Source of the DNA: Callorhinchus milii
Lineage: Eukaryota
Reading direction: 5' to 3'
Length of the DNA: 64,000 nt
Assembly (NCBI RefSeq): GCF_018977255.1
Contig: NW_024704743.1
Coordinates: forward strand, 1,488,001-1,552,000
Below, piece by piece: positions 1-12,777 of the stretch; within the stretch, counting starts at the first letter, position 1, and the number at the start of each line of letters is the position of its first letter. The notes below the pieces were generated by a model that ran no database searches, had not been told where the DNA came from, and saw only the letters and a program-made list of their open reading frames with translations. A program made the position numbers and the translations under genes.

Positions 1-357
1 CAACCGGGTTCCTGACTGACGTTGCTTTAGGTAAACACGTCCTCTCCACGTCACCACCAAAGGGCCAATATTTACAGGATGGAGTGAAAAATATCATCAT
101 TATCCTCCCCCCACCCACCCACCCACCCACCTCCCCCACCGACCTCCCCCACCCACCCGCAAACACCTTAGGGCAGTGGCAATACCAGCGGAGTAGGGGG
201 GTGGGAGCGGGGCAAGGATTAAGCGGGGGACATGGGTTGGGATAGGGTGGGGGTGGAAGGGTGGAGGCAGAAGGGGAAAGGGGACACACCCACACCCACA
301 CACACACACACAGGGGGAAAAGTGGGGGCGGGTGGGGTGGTGGGGGGGGTCAAGGAT

Positions 358-546
358 TCAAACAGCCAGGTTTTCGGCGTTGATGCTGGACATGCGGATC
401 TGCGAGCTGCTCTTGCTGAGCACGGAGAGTTGAGTGCCGCCGTTGACCCCACTGCTGGCCAACGAGGGGTGACGGTGCTTGAAGTCAACAGCAAAGTATC
501 GGTTCACCTTCCAGCTTCTCCACTTGCGCTTGATCTCAGACTGTAC
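358..546 (-). CDS. ADCYAP1R1: PAC1 last coding exon (helix 8 and C-tail, stop codon)
   Basis: Acceptor ctgaag|GTACAG; 189 nt; [62 protein letters not shown]. Confidence 0.97.
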   Translation of the reverse strand, partial: VQSEIKRKWRSWKVNRYFAVDFKHRHPSLASSGVNGGTQLSVLSKSSSQIRMSSINAENLAV

Positions 547-896
547 CTTCAGGGAGAAACTTAGACATGTCATTCGAATGTGTGTATGCATAATCCAACG
601 TCTACAGACAGTTAATAATAATAGTAATAATAATACTACTATTAATCCCGGCCTTTGACACGGCGCCTTTTCTTCCGGACGTCTCAACGCGCTTCACAGG
701 ATACACCGTAAGCTGAAGTGACTGTGTGTTTTGTGGGCAAAACGCGGCAGCCGATCGCGCGCAGCGGCGTCCCCCGCAAACAGCCGCGGATTGAAGTGAC
801 CGATTTATTATTTTCTTATTTATTATTACCCCGGAAATGCCATCCGCCAATCGACTAACAACCGGGTTCCTACTGACTGCCGGTAAACAGAGGCGC

Positions 897-932
<36 letters not shown>

Positions 933-3900
933 AGTGAGGAAACTTGCCCAATATCTCGCCCTGACCTGCCCGGGAATCGAACCCGGGTCCTCTCGCTCGC
1001 GAGGCGAGGGCTCGAACCCCTGAGCTCCAGGGACTCCACAATACCGGATATCCGGGTTTTTACCGTATCTTAGCCTTCACAGAGAATCTCTTACCTCCCC
1101 GTTGAGGAAACAGTAAAGAACGGCTACGACAAAGCCCTGGGAGAGAAAAGTCACAGCAGTCAGTGAGGAAGGACACAGCACAATCAAACACAATGCTTAC
1201 ACCTCCCAACAACAACAACAACTTGCATTCACGTAGCGTCTTTCACGTCGGGAGGACATCCCAGGGGGGCTTTGGCATCCAAGGGTTTGCATTTGAGCTG
1301 GGGTCAAAGAGGGCTGGGGGGGGTGGGGGGGCGGGTGGAGTGGGAGAGTGGCCGAAGGCTACGGTCAAAAGGGAAGAGGTCTTGAGAAGGGTCTTGAAGG
1401 GGGCGAGGGAGGTGGCGAGGACTGGGGAAAGAAATTTCCAATGGGTGGGGGTGGAATGGCATAAGGCCCAATGCCAATGGTGGGTCGGGCAGGGCGGGAA
1501 GGTGGGCCAGTGCCCGCCGAACAGTGGGAATGACCTGGAGTTACCTAGAACTTATCTCTGTATCAGACCGAGAGTTCTATTCATCCGATCTACATGGGAA
1601 ATCCTTGCGTGTCGGATTGGAATCTCTCCCTGGAGGGACGCACCTCGCGCACCTAACTCTGGAGAGTAATAAGCGCGGGTTGGTGAGAGCCAAGGCTTTG
1701 GGTGGGGGGGGCTCGTAGGGTTAACAGGAGCTGAGTGGAAGGATTCCTTGATAGCCTCCGGGGACTGGTCTGCTCTTCCAAGTCCTGCTGTTGGCTATCA
1801 ACAGCAATGCCCTGGAATACTGTGGACCATTTTTTATTTGGTGGGGAGGGTGTAGGGCATTGCGGGCCAGGACACCTGGAGGAACTCCTTTCTCTTTTCC
1901 AACAGTTTTCCACGGGATCTTTAAGGCGTCTACCGATCGACGCAACAACACAACCGGGGTTCCTACTGACTGCTGGCGCGCGTGTGTGTGTGCGTGTGTG
2001 TGTGTGTGGAATAAGGAAACTTGTCCAATGTTTCGACCTGACCCGCCTGGGAATTGAACCCAGGTCCTCTGGCTTGCGAGGCGAGGGCTCTAACCACTGA
2101 GCCGCAGGACCGCGCAGGTGACGGACGGGAGCTCAGATGGACGTCTCAGCTAACGGCCTTGTACCCAGTTACCTGAAAGGATCCTAATCCTAGCTCAAAC
2201 ACCAGGCGTTCCCTCGTGTTCACATCCTCAGGGTAAAACGCAAAGACCGTGTAGTGAATCCCAAAGAGAGGTATCAGGAGCAAAGTCGATCTGGCCAGCC
2301 TCCTGTTTACAGGCGTCAGAGACACACAGCGAGAGCGAGAGAGAGAGAGAGAGACAGAAAGAAAGAAACAGAGAGAGAGAGAGAGAGAGAGAGAAACTGT
2401 AACAGAACCACGATTTTTTGACACGGAGAGAAGCAGATTTTCTCTTTTGTGTTTTTTTTTCAGAAAAAAGGATAATAAAAACACGTTACAAACGACAAGA
2501 CACACGATGCGGTTTAAGCTGGGAGGGGACTAATTTTTTTCCATTTCCTGTCACTTTGCCCCCTTTTTCTATTTTCCGTCTCGAGGGCAAACCGGTTAGA
2601 AGACGGCCACATCTTGCCTCTCGCACAGAATAGAGGGAGGGGGGTCGGGGGGGCCAGGGAGGGTGGGAGGTTGGGAGGGAGGGAGGGAGGGAGGGGGTGG
2701 TTGGGGGGATGCGAGTTGGCGAGGGGAAGGGTAGGGAGAGGGAGCGGCGTGTACCAAAGCCCACCCTCCCTATCGTCCAAAATAATACCTTCATTCCCAA
2801 ATCGCAATGCCCCTCCTCAGCCTCTCCCCTCCCCAGTCGCTGGATGTGAAATGTGTCTCTTTAATGGGGAGCCCTGAGCACTTGAACTATCTCAATCCCA
2901 CCCGCGAAGAAGAGGCTCTCGAACACGGTCATTACCGGCTGCGGCTGCGGTTCACCCAAAAGAACGGTGGCTCGGGCCCAAAGCCGGGCCCCTGGGACTC
3001 GACGCTGTGATGGGAGGACAGGTCGGGGGAGGAGGTGGGGGGGTATTCTGGAGGGCTCAGATCAAATAATAATAATAATAATAATAATAATCCTTGCATT
3101 TGATATTGTGTCTTTCGTATCGGGAGGACGTCTCAAAGCGCTTCCCCTGAAGGATTTACTGTCAAGAGCAGTAGTGACTGTGTGTCTTGTAGGTGAACAC
3201 AGAAGCCAATCTACGCACAAACAGCCATGGAGTGAATAAGACCGATTTTTATCCGGGGGGTTGTTGGCCAAGACACTGGGGGGTGAGGGGTGGGGAGGGA
3301 GAGAGAGAAATTCCCTTCTCTTTTTCATATAGTGCCCTGGGAGTTTTTAACACCCATCTGAACAGGCGGGGAGGGGGGGAGGGGAGGGGGGGCGAGTAGG
3401 GGGAGGAAAGGGGGGAAAAGGGCAGGGGTTTGGCAATGGTGTTCACTCTAAAACCTGAGAATAACTCAAGTTGGGTTTGGATCACAATTTCTATGCCATG
3501 TGATAATTACACCCGGTGCATTATTGCGCCCCCACCCACCCGGAATCCCTCCACCTCAACCTCCCTCACTTGCCTCCGTCACGGCCCGTCTCAATTTCCT
3601 TTCTCTTTGATCGTGCTTTCGGCCACCCTCCCAACACCCCCCCCACATCCCCCCACCACCCCACCCACCACCCCACCCCACCCACCAGCTCGGGTGCAAA
3701 TCCTTAACTGTCCAGTGACTTGGGACATCCTTCTGTCATGAAAAGTGCTGAATAAAGGTAATTTTTTATTGTGTGGTTGTCTGATTCTGTCCATGTGAAG
3801 CTCTCCGAGTGGCTACTCTGGGTGAAGGGCGGTGTTTAAGCGCAAGTTTTTGTCGTTGTTGCTGTTGTTGTGAATCTCCAGGTCGTGTAAACACCACAAA

Positions 3901-6900
3901 AAAAAATCCCACGGCAAATGCTCGCACCGCAACACAACAGGATCGCAAGATCGGTTCGGGTGAAGAAGGCCCTTTGGGTTTGCCCATCTGATCTGGTCCT
4001 TCCAGAACCCCTTCCCCATCCGTGGTCCTCTCCCATTGCGGTCTCTCATTCCTAAACGGGTCCCAGTGTCCTGGCCTCAACCACCTTTCCAGGTAAACCC
4101 AAATATCCCCACTGATACTTCCTCTCTTCAAAGAAATACATCTTTGCCTATTGACCCTCTGAGCCTACGACGGCGACAACAACAACAACACATCGTCAAC
4201 AACAACAACAACAACAACTTGGATATATATATATAGCGCCCTCCACGCCGGACGGCGTCTCAGAGTCACATCAGAAAGACGTCCCAAAGCTCTGGAGAAC
4301 TAGAGATCTGGACCGGAGCTGGTGGTTGGGATCAGGAGGGGTGGAGGGCGAGGTGGGTAGGGGGTAGGAGGGTGACAGAAGGCACAGTTGACGAGGAGGG
4401 TCTTGAGATGGGACTTGAAGGAGGGGGGAGGCAGGGGGACTGTACAGATGGCCAGATGATTCTGGTCTCATCTCGGTCAACAAAACCTGCCTCCAAAGCT
4501 ACTCGGCTTGAACTAAGACCCCGGTTTGACTCGATAGCACTCAAGGGGTTCGTTGGGAGTTTGTAGAATGGACGCGCATTGATGGCCCTGAAAGAGAGTT
4601 AACAAAAAGCTGCTGGGGAAATGGGGAGGTGGGGCGCCCCCTGCTGGTGACCCACCCGAGTGGAGGTTAGCTCAGGCCTGCGTGGGGAGGTGGGCTCCCA
4701 AAGAAAGACACTCTTTATACCCTTTCTCTCCAGCGTGAGGTGCTATTCTCACTGTCACGTACCCCACTCCCCCCCAAACACCGCCCAACTCCCCCAACAG
4801 CGCTTCGGAACCTATTGGGGTAGAAACTCCGGGGGTCAACAAAAGGCGACCATTTTAGTAACAACAAGCCAAGATCCTCCACTGGGGCTGTACCGGGGCC
4901 GTTGGAGACACCACGTATCCACCCGTCGGTTTCTCCACATCGGGCTCCCGTGTTACAGTGGTCCCCAAAAATCCAGTTGTGCTCGTGTGGCGACTGGGGA
5001 CGTGATTCCGTTGCCCCGTCACCGAGCCTTCAGTGAGTCTGCGCCAACGTCCGCAACTTCGCACGTGTCCCACCGGTGGATTCCCGTTTATAATAACGGC
5101 AATAATCTTTGCCGGGAGGCGTGAGCGTTTCAAACCCCGCGTGTAGGGCGTTATATCAATGCAAGTTGTTGTTGCTGTGGCTCACGTGTTACATGTGGAC
5201 ATTCGGTGGCGGGTGGGGTGGGGTGGGGGGTGGGGGTGGGAGGGTTGGTGTGGGGGGGAACCCCATTCGCCGGGCGCCCCACTGCCAGGGGCCCCCTCTC
5301 TTCCTTGGGGCTGACTGAAATGGCCGACTTCCTGCTCGTCGTGTCGCCGCCGAGGTCACTTCTAGCGATCTGCGTGGCCCGGCATCAAGGAAGTGACATC
5401 GCCGATGACCCGATGATCTGGAAAGGCGCCATTTTTTGCCCCAAAAAGGGTGGGATTTTATGGATCCAATGATTACGTTATCCAACCCCCCCCCCACCCC
5501 CCAACCACCCCACCCCGTCATAATCACCAACCAACGGGAATAAGTTTTTCTTATTTATCTTCAGAAACCTCTATCACTCCAACTCGTGAACCTAATTAAG
5601 TGAGTTGCGCCGTCTAATTATCAATCAACGTCAACCTATCCTGTGCCCTCTCCTTGGCTCGGATGGCCCTCTCCACACACCTTTGTTGCCTCCTAATTAG
5701 ATTTTCCCAAAGTCTCCTCGCCCGTCTCCTCAATTCCACCATCTTCCCTAAGCTCCAGCTAATCCGAACTCCACACGCCCGTCACCCCAGTCCTCGTCCA
5801 CTGAGTCCCCCTACAACAACAGCAACTTGCATTTACATGGCGCCCTTCACGCAGAGTAGCGCCTCAGAGCGCTTAACAGTGGCGGAGCCTGACTCTGACC
5901 TGGGATGGGTAGGGGGAGAGATGACCGTAAGCACGGTTGATGAAGAAGGTCTAATGGAAAGGAGGGGACAAGGTGGATGGATTGAGGGAGAGGTCCCACT
6001 GCATCGATTTCAAGGTCCTCACTCTCACCAGCAATCCCTTCATGACCCAACGCCTCTGCTCACCCCGTTTGCTTGGCCAATTGCCTGTCCCCTGCACCTT
6101 CCTGCCACCATCAGTGTCCATGCCTTCAGCTCTGATAAATAATAATAATCCTTGCGTTTGATATAGCGCCTTATACATCGTTGAGACGTCTCAAAGCGCT
6201 TCACTGGCTATCCCGGAAAGTGTAGCGACCGTGTATTTCGTGGGCGAAACGCAGCAGCCAATTGCGCACAGCGGTGTCCCCACAAACAGCCGTGGATTGA
6301 GTGACCGAATTTATTTTTTTAAGCATTATTACCCCCGGAAAGCGATCCGCACTCGATCCTTCTTGGACTCCCTCCGTCTACCACTCAGAGACGTCACCCT
6401 ACATACAAGGCGATATGTAAGCACCAGTTGTACAATCTCTGGAAGTCCCATTATTAGAACGTTTCACCTTCATTCAGAAGCCTTTTTAGTCCCCGGTTGG
6501 TTCTTAAAAGAAACCGAATCGAAAATCGCCGCCCGATATAAGAAATTTTCATCATTTTTACTCATTCTTACGCTAATATAACAATAGCAATAATAATCCT
6601 GACTTCTGATATAGCGCCTTAATCGTGTTGTTGAGACGTCTCAAAGTGCTTCACTGTGAAGTGCAGTGACTGTGTGTTTTGTACGCAAACGTACTGGCGA
6701 ATTGTGCGCACAGCGACGTCCCCACAAACAGCAACAAGGCGAAGGGTTGATTTTTAGCTGGGGACTATGAGCTCAAAGTCCCAACGTAGGGGCTTGAACC
6801 TACAACCTTCTGACTCGGAGGTGAGAGTGCTACCAACTGAGCCAGGCTGACAACTTCAATCGAAACGAATGCTATAATAAAAATAATAATAATCCTTGCG

Positions 6901-9900
6901 TTTTATATTACATCGAAAGATGAAGCGGTCTGAGAGGCTGAGACTGTCAAGAGAACTTGGGTTTGAAACTCACAACTCAGTGGAATTCTTTGTGCAAGCG
7001 TTTATGATGGAGTTCTAACCCTGAAGGTATTTTACGGTGTTTAATGTCCACCTGAACAGGCAGATTGGGACCTTGGTTTAATGTCTTAACGACGACGCCT
7101 CCAACAGCTCAACGCTCCCCCCCAGCATTGCGCTGGAGAGTCCACCTGGACTTTTTTTTTGGTTGCGGGGAGGTGGGTGGTGGGGAAGCCATCGAGGGTG
7201 TGGCTTGAGCCAAAACAAACCTTCCCGTAGGATCCGGCTTACCTTTAGTTGATAATTGTTTGGAGAAACATGGATACAAAGGGAGAGAGAGGGTTAGATG
7301 GATGGACAGGGGAGAGAGGAGGGAGGTAAGAAGTGAGGGAGGGTCAAGAAAATGTGCATTGGGAAACCAGCGACGTAAATAATGGTTCTATATCTCCCTC
7401 CACCCTGACACCAACCCCCCACACACCCAAATCTCTCCTCTTCTGCAGGGAACACTGTGTAGATCGTGGGACCTTGTCGTTGATCCCTTGGAATCTGTTG
7501 CTGGGGCTGAGCATTGGCGGAGAGGGTGCGGGTGCAAGAGAGGGTGGTGAGTGGGCGTAGCGGGGTGGGGCGGGCGGGTGGGGAGGGGGGAGTTATGGAG
7601 TGGGGGGTCTTCATGAAACAATCCGGGAGAACCTAGTATTTAATGGCATTTCCCATCCTGGGTGTGTTCGTTCACCCAATCAGACATCTGTAACAATCAC
7701 CAGCCCCCAACCCCAACCCCTGCCTACCCTTTGGACAGAACCTGACAATTGTGACCAAGAATTAATCATCCCCCTCTCCAACTCCCGCCACCCCCCCACC
7801 TCCTCCCCCAACCACCCACATTACAAAGCCACCATTGGCTTGAGTTTGACCGAACCTTGGACCTTGTTGACCTCCGCACTCGACCAAGTGACAGGAAGTG
7901 GTTGATTAATTCCTCCCAGCTGACACGGCTACCAATGGTGTGGACATGCGTTCACAACAGACACGGCCGGTGTTCACGGGCTGAACTTTTTTGACTTACA
8001 AGGTAATGGTGGATAGTTCTGACATCTTGCAAACATGGTGATTACCTCTCTGAGGCTTACAGTAGCATTTCTGCACACAGCTGCCAAACACGACAAAGTT
8101 GGTTTTCAGTATAGATCCGTATACGGTAAACAATTGACGACTGTGTTTTTTTCTCTTAGTAATGATAATAATAATAATACTCCTGGCATTTGACACGGCG
8201 CCTCATCACGTCTTCGAGACGTCTCAAAGCGCTTCGCGGGATACGCTGTAAAGTGAATCGACCGTGGTGTTTTGTGGGCGAAACGCGGCAGCCAATTGCG
8301 CACAGCAGCGTCCCCCGCAAACAGCCGTGGGTTGAGTGACCAAATTATTCATTTTTATTTACTGATAAATTCTTTTTTTTTAAAGGAATTATTATCCCCG
8401 GAAAGCGATCCGCCAATCAACTAACAACCGGGTTCCTACTGACTGCCGGTAAACAGAGGTGTGTGTGTGTGTGTGTGTGTGTGGAGTGAGGAAACTTCCC
8501 CAATGTCTCCCCCTGACCTGCCCGGGAATCAAACCCGGGTCCTCTCGCTCGCGAGGCGAGGGCTCTGACCCCTGAGCTCCAGGGGACTCCTCAATTTAAT
8601 TTATCATTCATTTTTCTGGAGGGAGAATACCTGTCTTTAAATCCCACCTAAAAACCTACCTCTTCATCCAACCTTCTATCCTACGTGCAAGGACGCTATA
8701 CAAATGCAAGTTGTTGTGGTTATTCTTACTTGTTAAAGTTAACAACGTCTTAAGAATTTCTCAAGGATTTCTCAAGCAACGTTTATTTAAATTGGTACAT
8801 AAATTTATTAAAGATGATATTTCTTTATTGTCAGACGATGAGTTCCTCGCGGGCCCAGTCTAGATTAACACAAGAACGCTGAGGAAACCTCACGGTCTCG
8901 CCCCAGCCTTAAACACGCGAGAGATTTATAAAAACATCTTAAAATCAGTTGTCGTTTTAGAAACCTGTTTGGGTCACTCAAATCAAAACGATTTTCAGAA
9001 ACCGAGCCTTGGAAATTGAGTCCTGATTTAAGAATTTGCTAAAATTCTGTCATAATGTAAATAATCAGAATATTACAAATGATAATGCATCGTCCTTACA
9101 TTTTGGTTGTCCTTATATTTTATACGGAACGCTTCGCGTTAAGCGGTCGTCTCAAAGCGCTTACACAGAATACGCTGGGGAGTGCAGTGACTGTGTGTTT
9201 TGCGGGCGAAACGAGGCAGCCAATTTGCTCACATCAACGGCCCACAAACAGCCACAAGGCGAGTGACCAATTTTAATGGGTGGATTGTGGGCCAGGACAC
9301 CGGGAGGAACTCCCTTCTCTTTTTGAGCCGGGCCTTGGGATCTCTAACGTCCACCTTCACAGGCAGACAGGACCTTGGGTTAATTTCTCATCCAAAGGAC
9401 GGCACCTCCTACAATCCATGGACCCCAATCCCTCCCAGCACTTGGGAGCATTGGAGCGTCACTTTAGACAATAAGACATGGGGTTAAACCCACAGCATTC
9501 TGACCCAGAGGCATGCGTGGCTACACATTGAGCTGAGGGAGGAGGAGAGATGTTATTAACTTGGGTCATTAATACTGATGTTTTTTTATCAGCCGGGTGT
9601 CCAACACGCACCGTAAACACATCGCTGTGCTTAAGAGTCTCCCAGCCAGACTGAGAGTTCCACATGTGTATGCCACCCACAGATGGAAAATGAATAATAA
9701 TAATAATAATAATAATCCTTGCATTTTATATAGTGCCTTATCACGTCCCAAAACGGTTGCTTCACAGAATACACTGTAAAGTAAATTGACTGTGTAATTT
9801 GTGGGCGAAATACGGTAGCCAACGGCGCACAGCAGAGTCCCCATAAACAATCGTGGATTGAATATTATTATTTCTTTTAAAAGGGTTTATTACCCCCGGA

Positions 9901-10575
9901 ACGCGATCCACCAATGGACTAACAACCGGGTTCCTTGAAAAGAGCTATCCAACTCAACCCCACTCCCCCGCTCTCTCCCCATAGCCCTGCAAACTTGTCC
10001 TCCCCAAATAACAACTCGCTGTGTGAAATCGTTTCTCCTCACCCTCCCCTCTGTTTCTTTGAACAACTATTGTAAATTCAGAGGGGGTCTCACAGAGGTT
10101 TATACAACAAGAGGACGCAGGTTTAGAGTTGTAAAGGGTGAGGGGTGGGTGGTGGTGGGGAGGGGGGGCGGTGGTTGAGGCCAGGACACAGGGAATCATT
10201 TAAAAAAGCAGGTTGATGCTGTGATGGGGGCAGGCACGGTTGGGTGGGGTGGGTGTGTGTGGGGGTGAGGGGGGGGAGTGAGATCAGATGTGCCGAAGGA
10301 CCTTCTTCATTCAAAAACCCATCTTTTTTTGTGGCCCACAAAACGGGCAGTCACTACACTTTGCGGTTTATCCTGTGAAGCGCTTCGAGACGTGGTGAGG
10401 CGTTGGCTGTATCAAATGCCAGGATTGTTATCTTGCGATCTTTCTCTGTCACAACTGCTCAGGTCGATCGTGATAGCACACGGTGGAGATGGAGAGAGAG
10501 AGAGAAACGTGTCCGGGATTCGAACAACAACAACAACAACTTGTACTGTCTATCGCGGGCAGGATGGAGTCCGAG

Positions 10576-10610
<35 letters not shown>

Positions 10611-12746
10611 GGGGGAGAAAGGCGGTGTAGGGGAGGTGTGGAGGGTGGGAGATCTTTCACTGGGAAAAGTGAAAACAAAATAGCTGGATTTGCCGACGGT
10701 GGAAACTACCCATTTAACTACCACCACCACCACCACAACAACAACTTGCAGTTACACAGCGCCCTTCAGAGCAGTGTCTCCGAACGCTTCACAGGGCGGA
10801 GCGCGGGGGAGAGTCAGGAGGTGACTGGAAGCATGGTCTAACACAATCCGAAAGAGGGGAAGGAGGGGGGGTGCGAGGCGGAGGGATTGAGGGAGAGAGT
10901 TCCAAGGTTTCGGGGCGCAGTGGCTGAAAGCGCGGACGCCGATGGTGGAGAGTAGGGGACGAGGGACAGGAGGAGCAGGAGGCCGGAGCCAACCAAGGGG
11001 AGGTAGCGGATAGTGGATTGGGGAGAAAGCAGGTCAGGAGGTGTTTGTAAACGAGTGGCGAGGGTCTTGATCAAGTCGATTGGTGATAGGGAGCCGGTGG
11101 AGGCTGGCGAGGGCTGGGGTGAGGGGGGGAAGGGGTTTAGTGTGCGATTGGGAGCCAGTGGAGGCTGGCGAGGGCTGGGGTGAGGGGGGGAAGGGGTTTA
11201 GTGTGTGTGATGGGGAGCTGGTGGAGGCTGGCGAGGGCTGGGGTGATGGGGGGAAGGGGTTTAGTGTGTGATAGGGAGCTGGTGGAGGTGAAGGTGAATG
11301 CGGAAGACAAATTGCCTGGAACAATAATAATCCTGGCATTTGATACAGCCCCTTATCATGACATTGAGACGTCTCAAAGCGCTTCACAGGATACACTGTA
11401 AAGTACATTTTGTGGGCGAAAAGCCCGGAATCCCATGGTTTTGCCGAGTGATAATTACCTTTGCATTTTTGATGCTGCACTTTGTGGCGTTGTCGAGACA
11501 GTTTAAAGCGCTTGACTGGATTTTATACACTAAAGTGTAGTGACCGTTGTATTTTGTAGGTGAATCGAGCGGCCAATTTGCACACCAGTGGATTGGGACA
11601 CCTTGTGTTTGCGAGACAGCGCCAGGGATTTATTTAACGTTCACGTCACATAAAGAAGCCCAGACTGGAGTGCAGAGTCAGTCTGAGACGCCGTGGGTTC
11701 CAATTGTCGAAGGCAGGTTTGGCCCCACCACCTTCTGAAAGGAGGTGTTAGGAGGTGACTGACTGGGCCAGGCTGTCACATACAGTCCTCGTATTGACCT
11801 TCCTTCCCCTTAAAGCCTGAGCCATGACGTCAAACCCGCAAAATATCAATAATAATATTAATAATTATTATCACTCCTTTTGCTACAGCACGTCACAAAG
11901 CTCTTCACAACGTCACCCGTCACTGGGGTCTTTACATTACACTGCGAGACGGGAGTTAGACTCGTAGAAGGAACAGAATGAGGCCATTCAGCCCTTCAAG
12001 CCTGTTCTACCGCTTGATTCCATTGATCAATTCACTACATATACAGTGTATCCCATGAAGCGCTTTGGGACGTCTCGAAGACGTGATGAGGCGCTACGTC
12101 AAATGCAAGGATTATCATTATTATTATTAGATCTTGACAGATCTTTTAATCCCAGTGCCTTGCCTTTTTGCTTCCCCCCCCCGCCCCCTCCTCCCATTAA
12201 AACCTCCACTGCCCTTTATAATTCAACTGAAGCTTTCTAATAATAATAATGATAATCTTCGCATTTGATATAACAAGGAGCTCATGTTGAACAAAGAGAG
12301 AGAGAGCAGCAAAAACACAAGATCGACTTGGGGACGTACAAGATCCTCTGACCTATTTAATCTCCTTGCGACAGCTAATCACGGGTCAAAGTGTCAACGG
12401 GGAGAAGGACTATGTTCAGTGATCAGCGCGACATTTTAATGCGGGTCGTAATATTGAAGCTGAGTCGAGACGCACCTCACTTCCTATTGATGTTACTGTT
12501 TGCCTCGAGGATTTCAATTACCATCTCGTTACTTCAATTACCCCATTGGGGTCCCCAGTGGAGGAAGAGACTGGACTATTTCAGACTTGTCTGGCAGTCA
12601 ATTTATCTTCTCTGGTCAGCCTGACACGCACACACGCACACACACGGAAACCCATCGCTGTGGGCCAGACTCCACACCAAGCTGAGATTTCCATGTTTGC
12701 CACCTACACTTGGAAACGTTCTTGAGCGTGGAATAGAATATGCACA

Positions 12747-12777
<31 letters not shown>

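Noticed and set aside
11825..11832. Perfect CRE TGACGTCA in the ICL3 intron
   Set aside because: A single 8-mer is expected about once per 64 kb.
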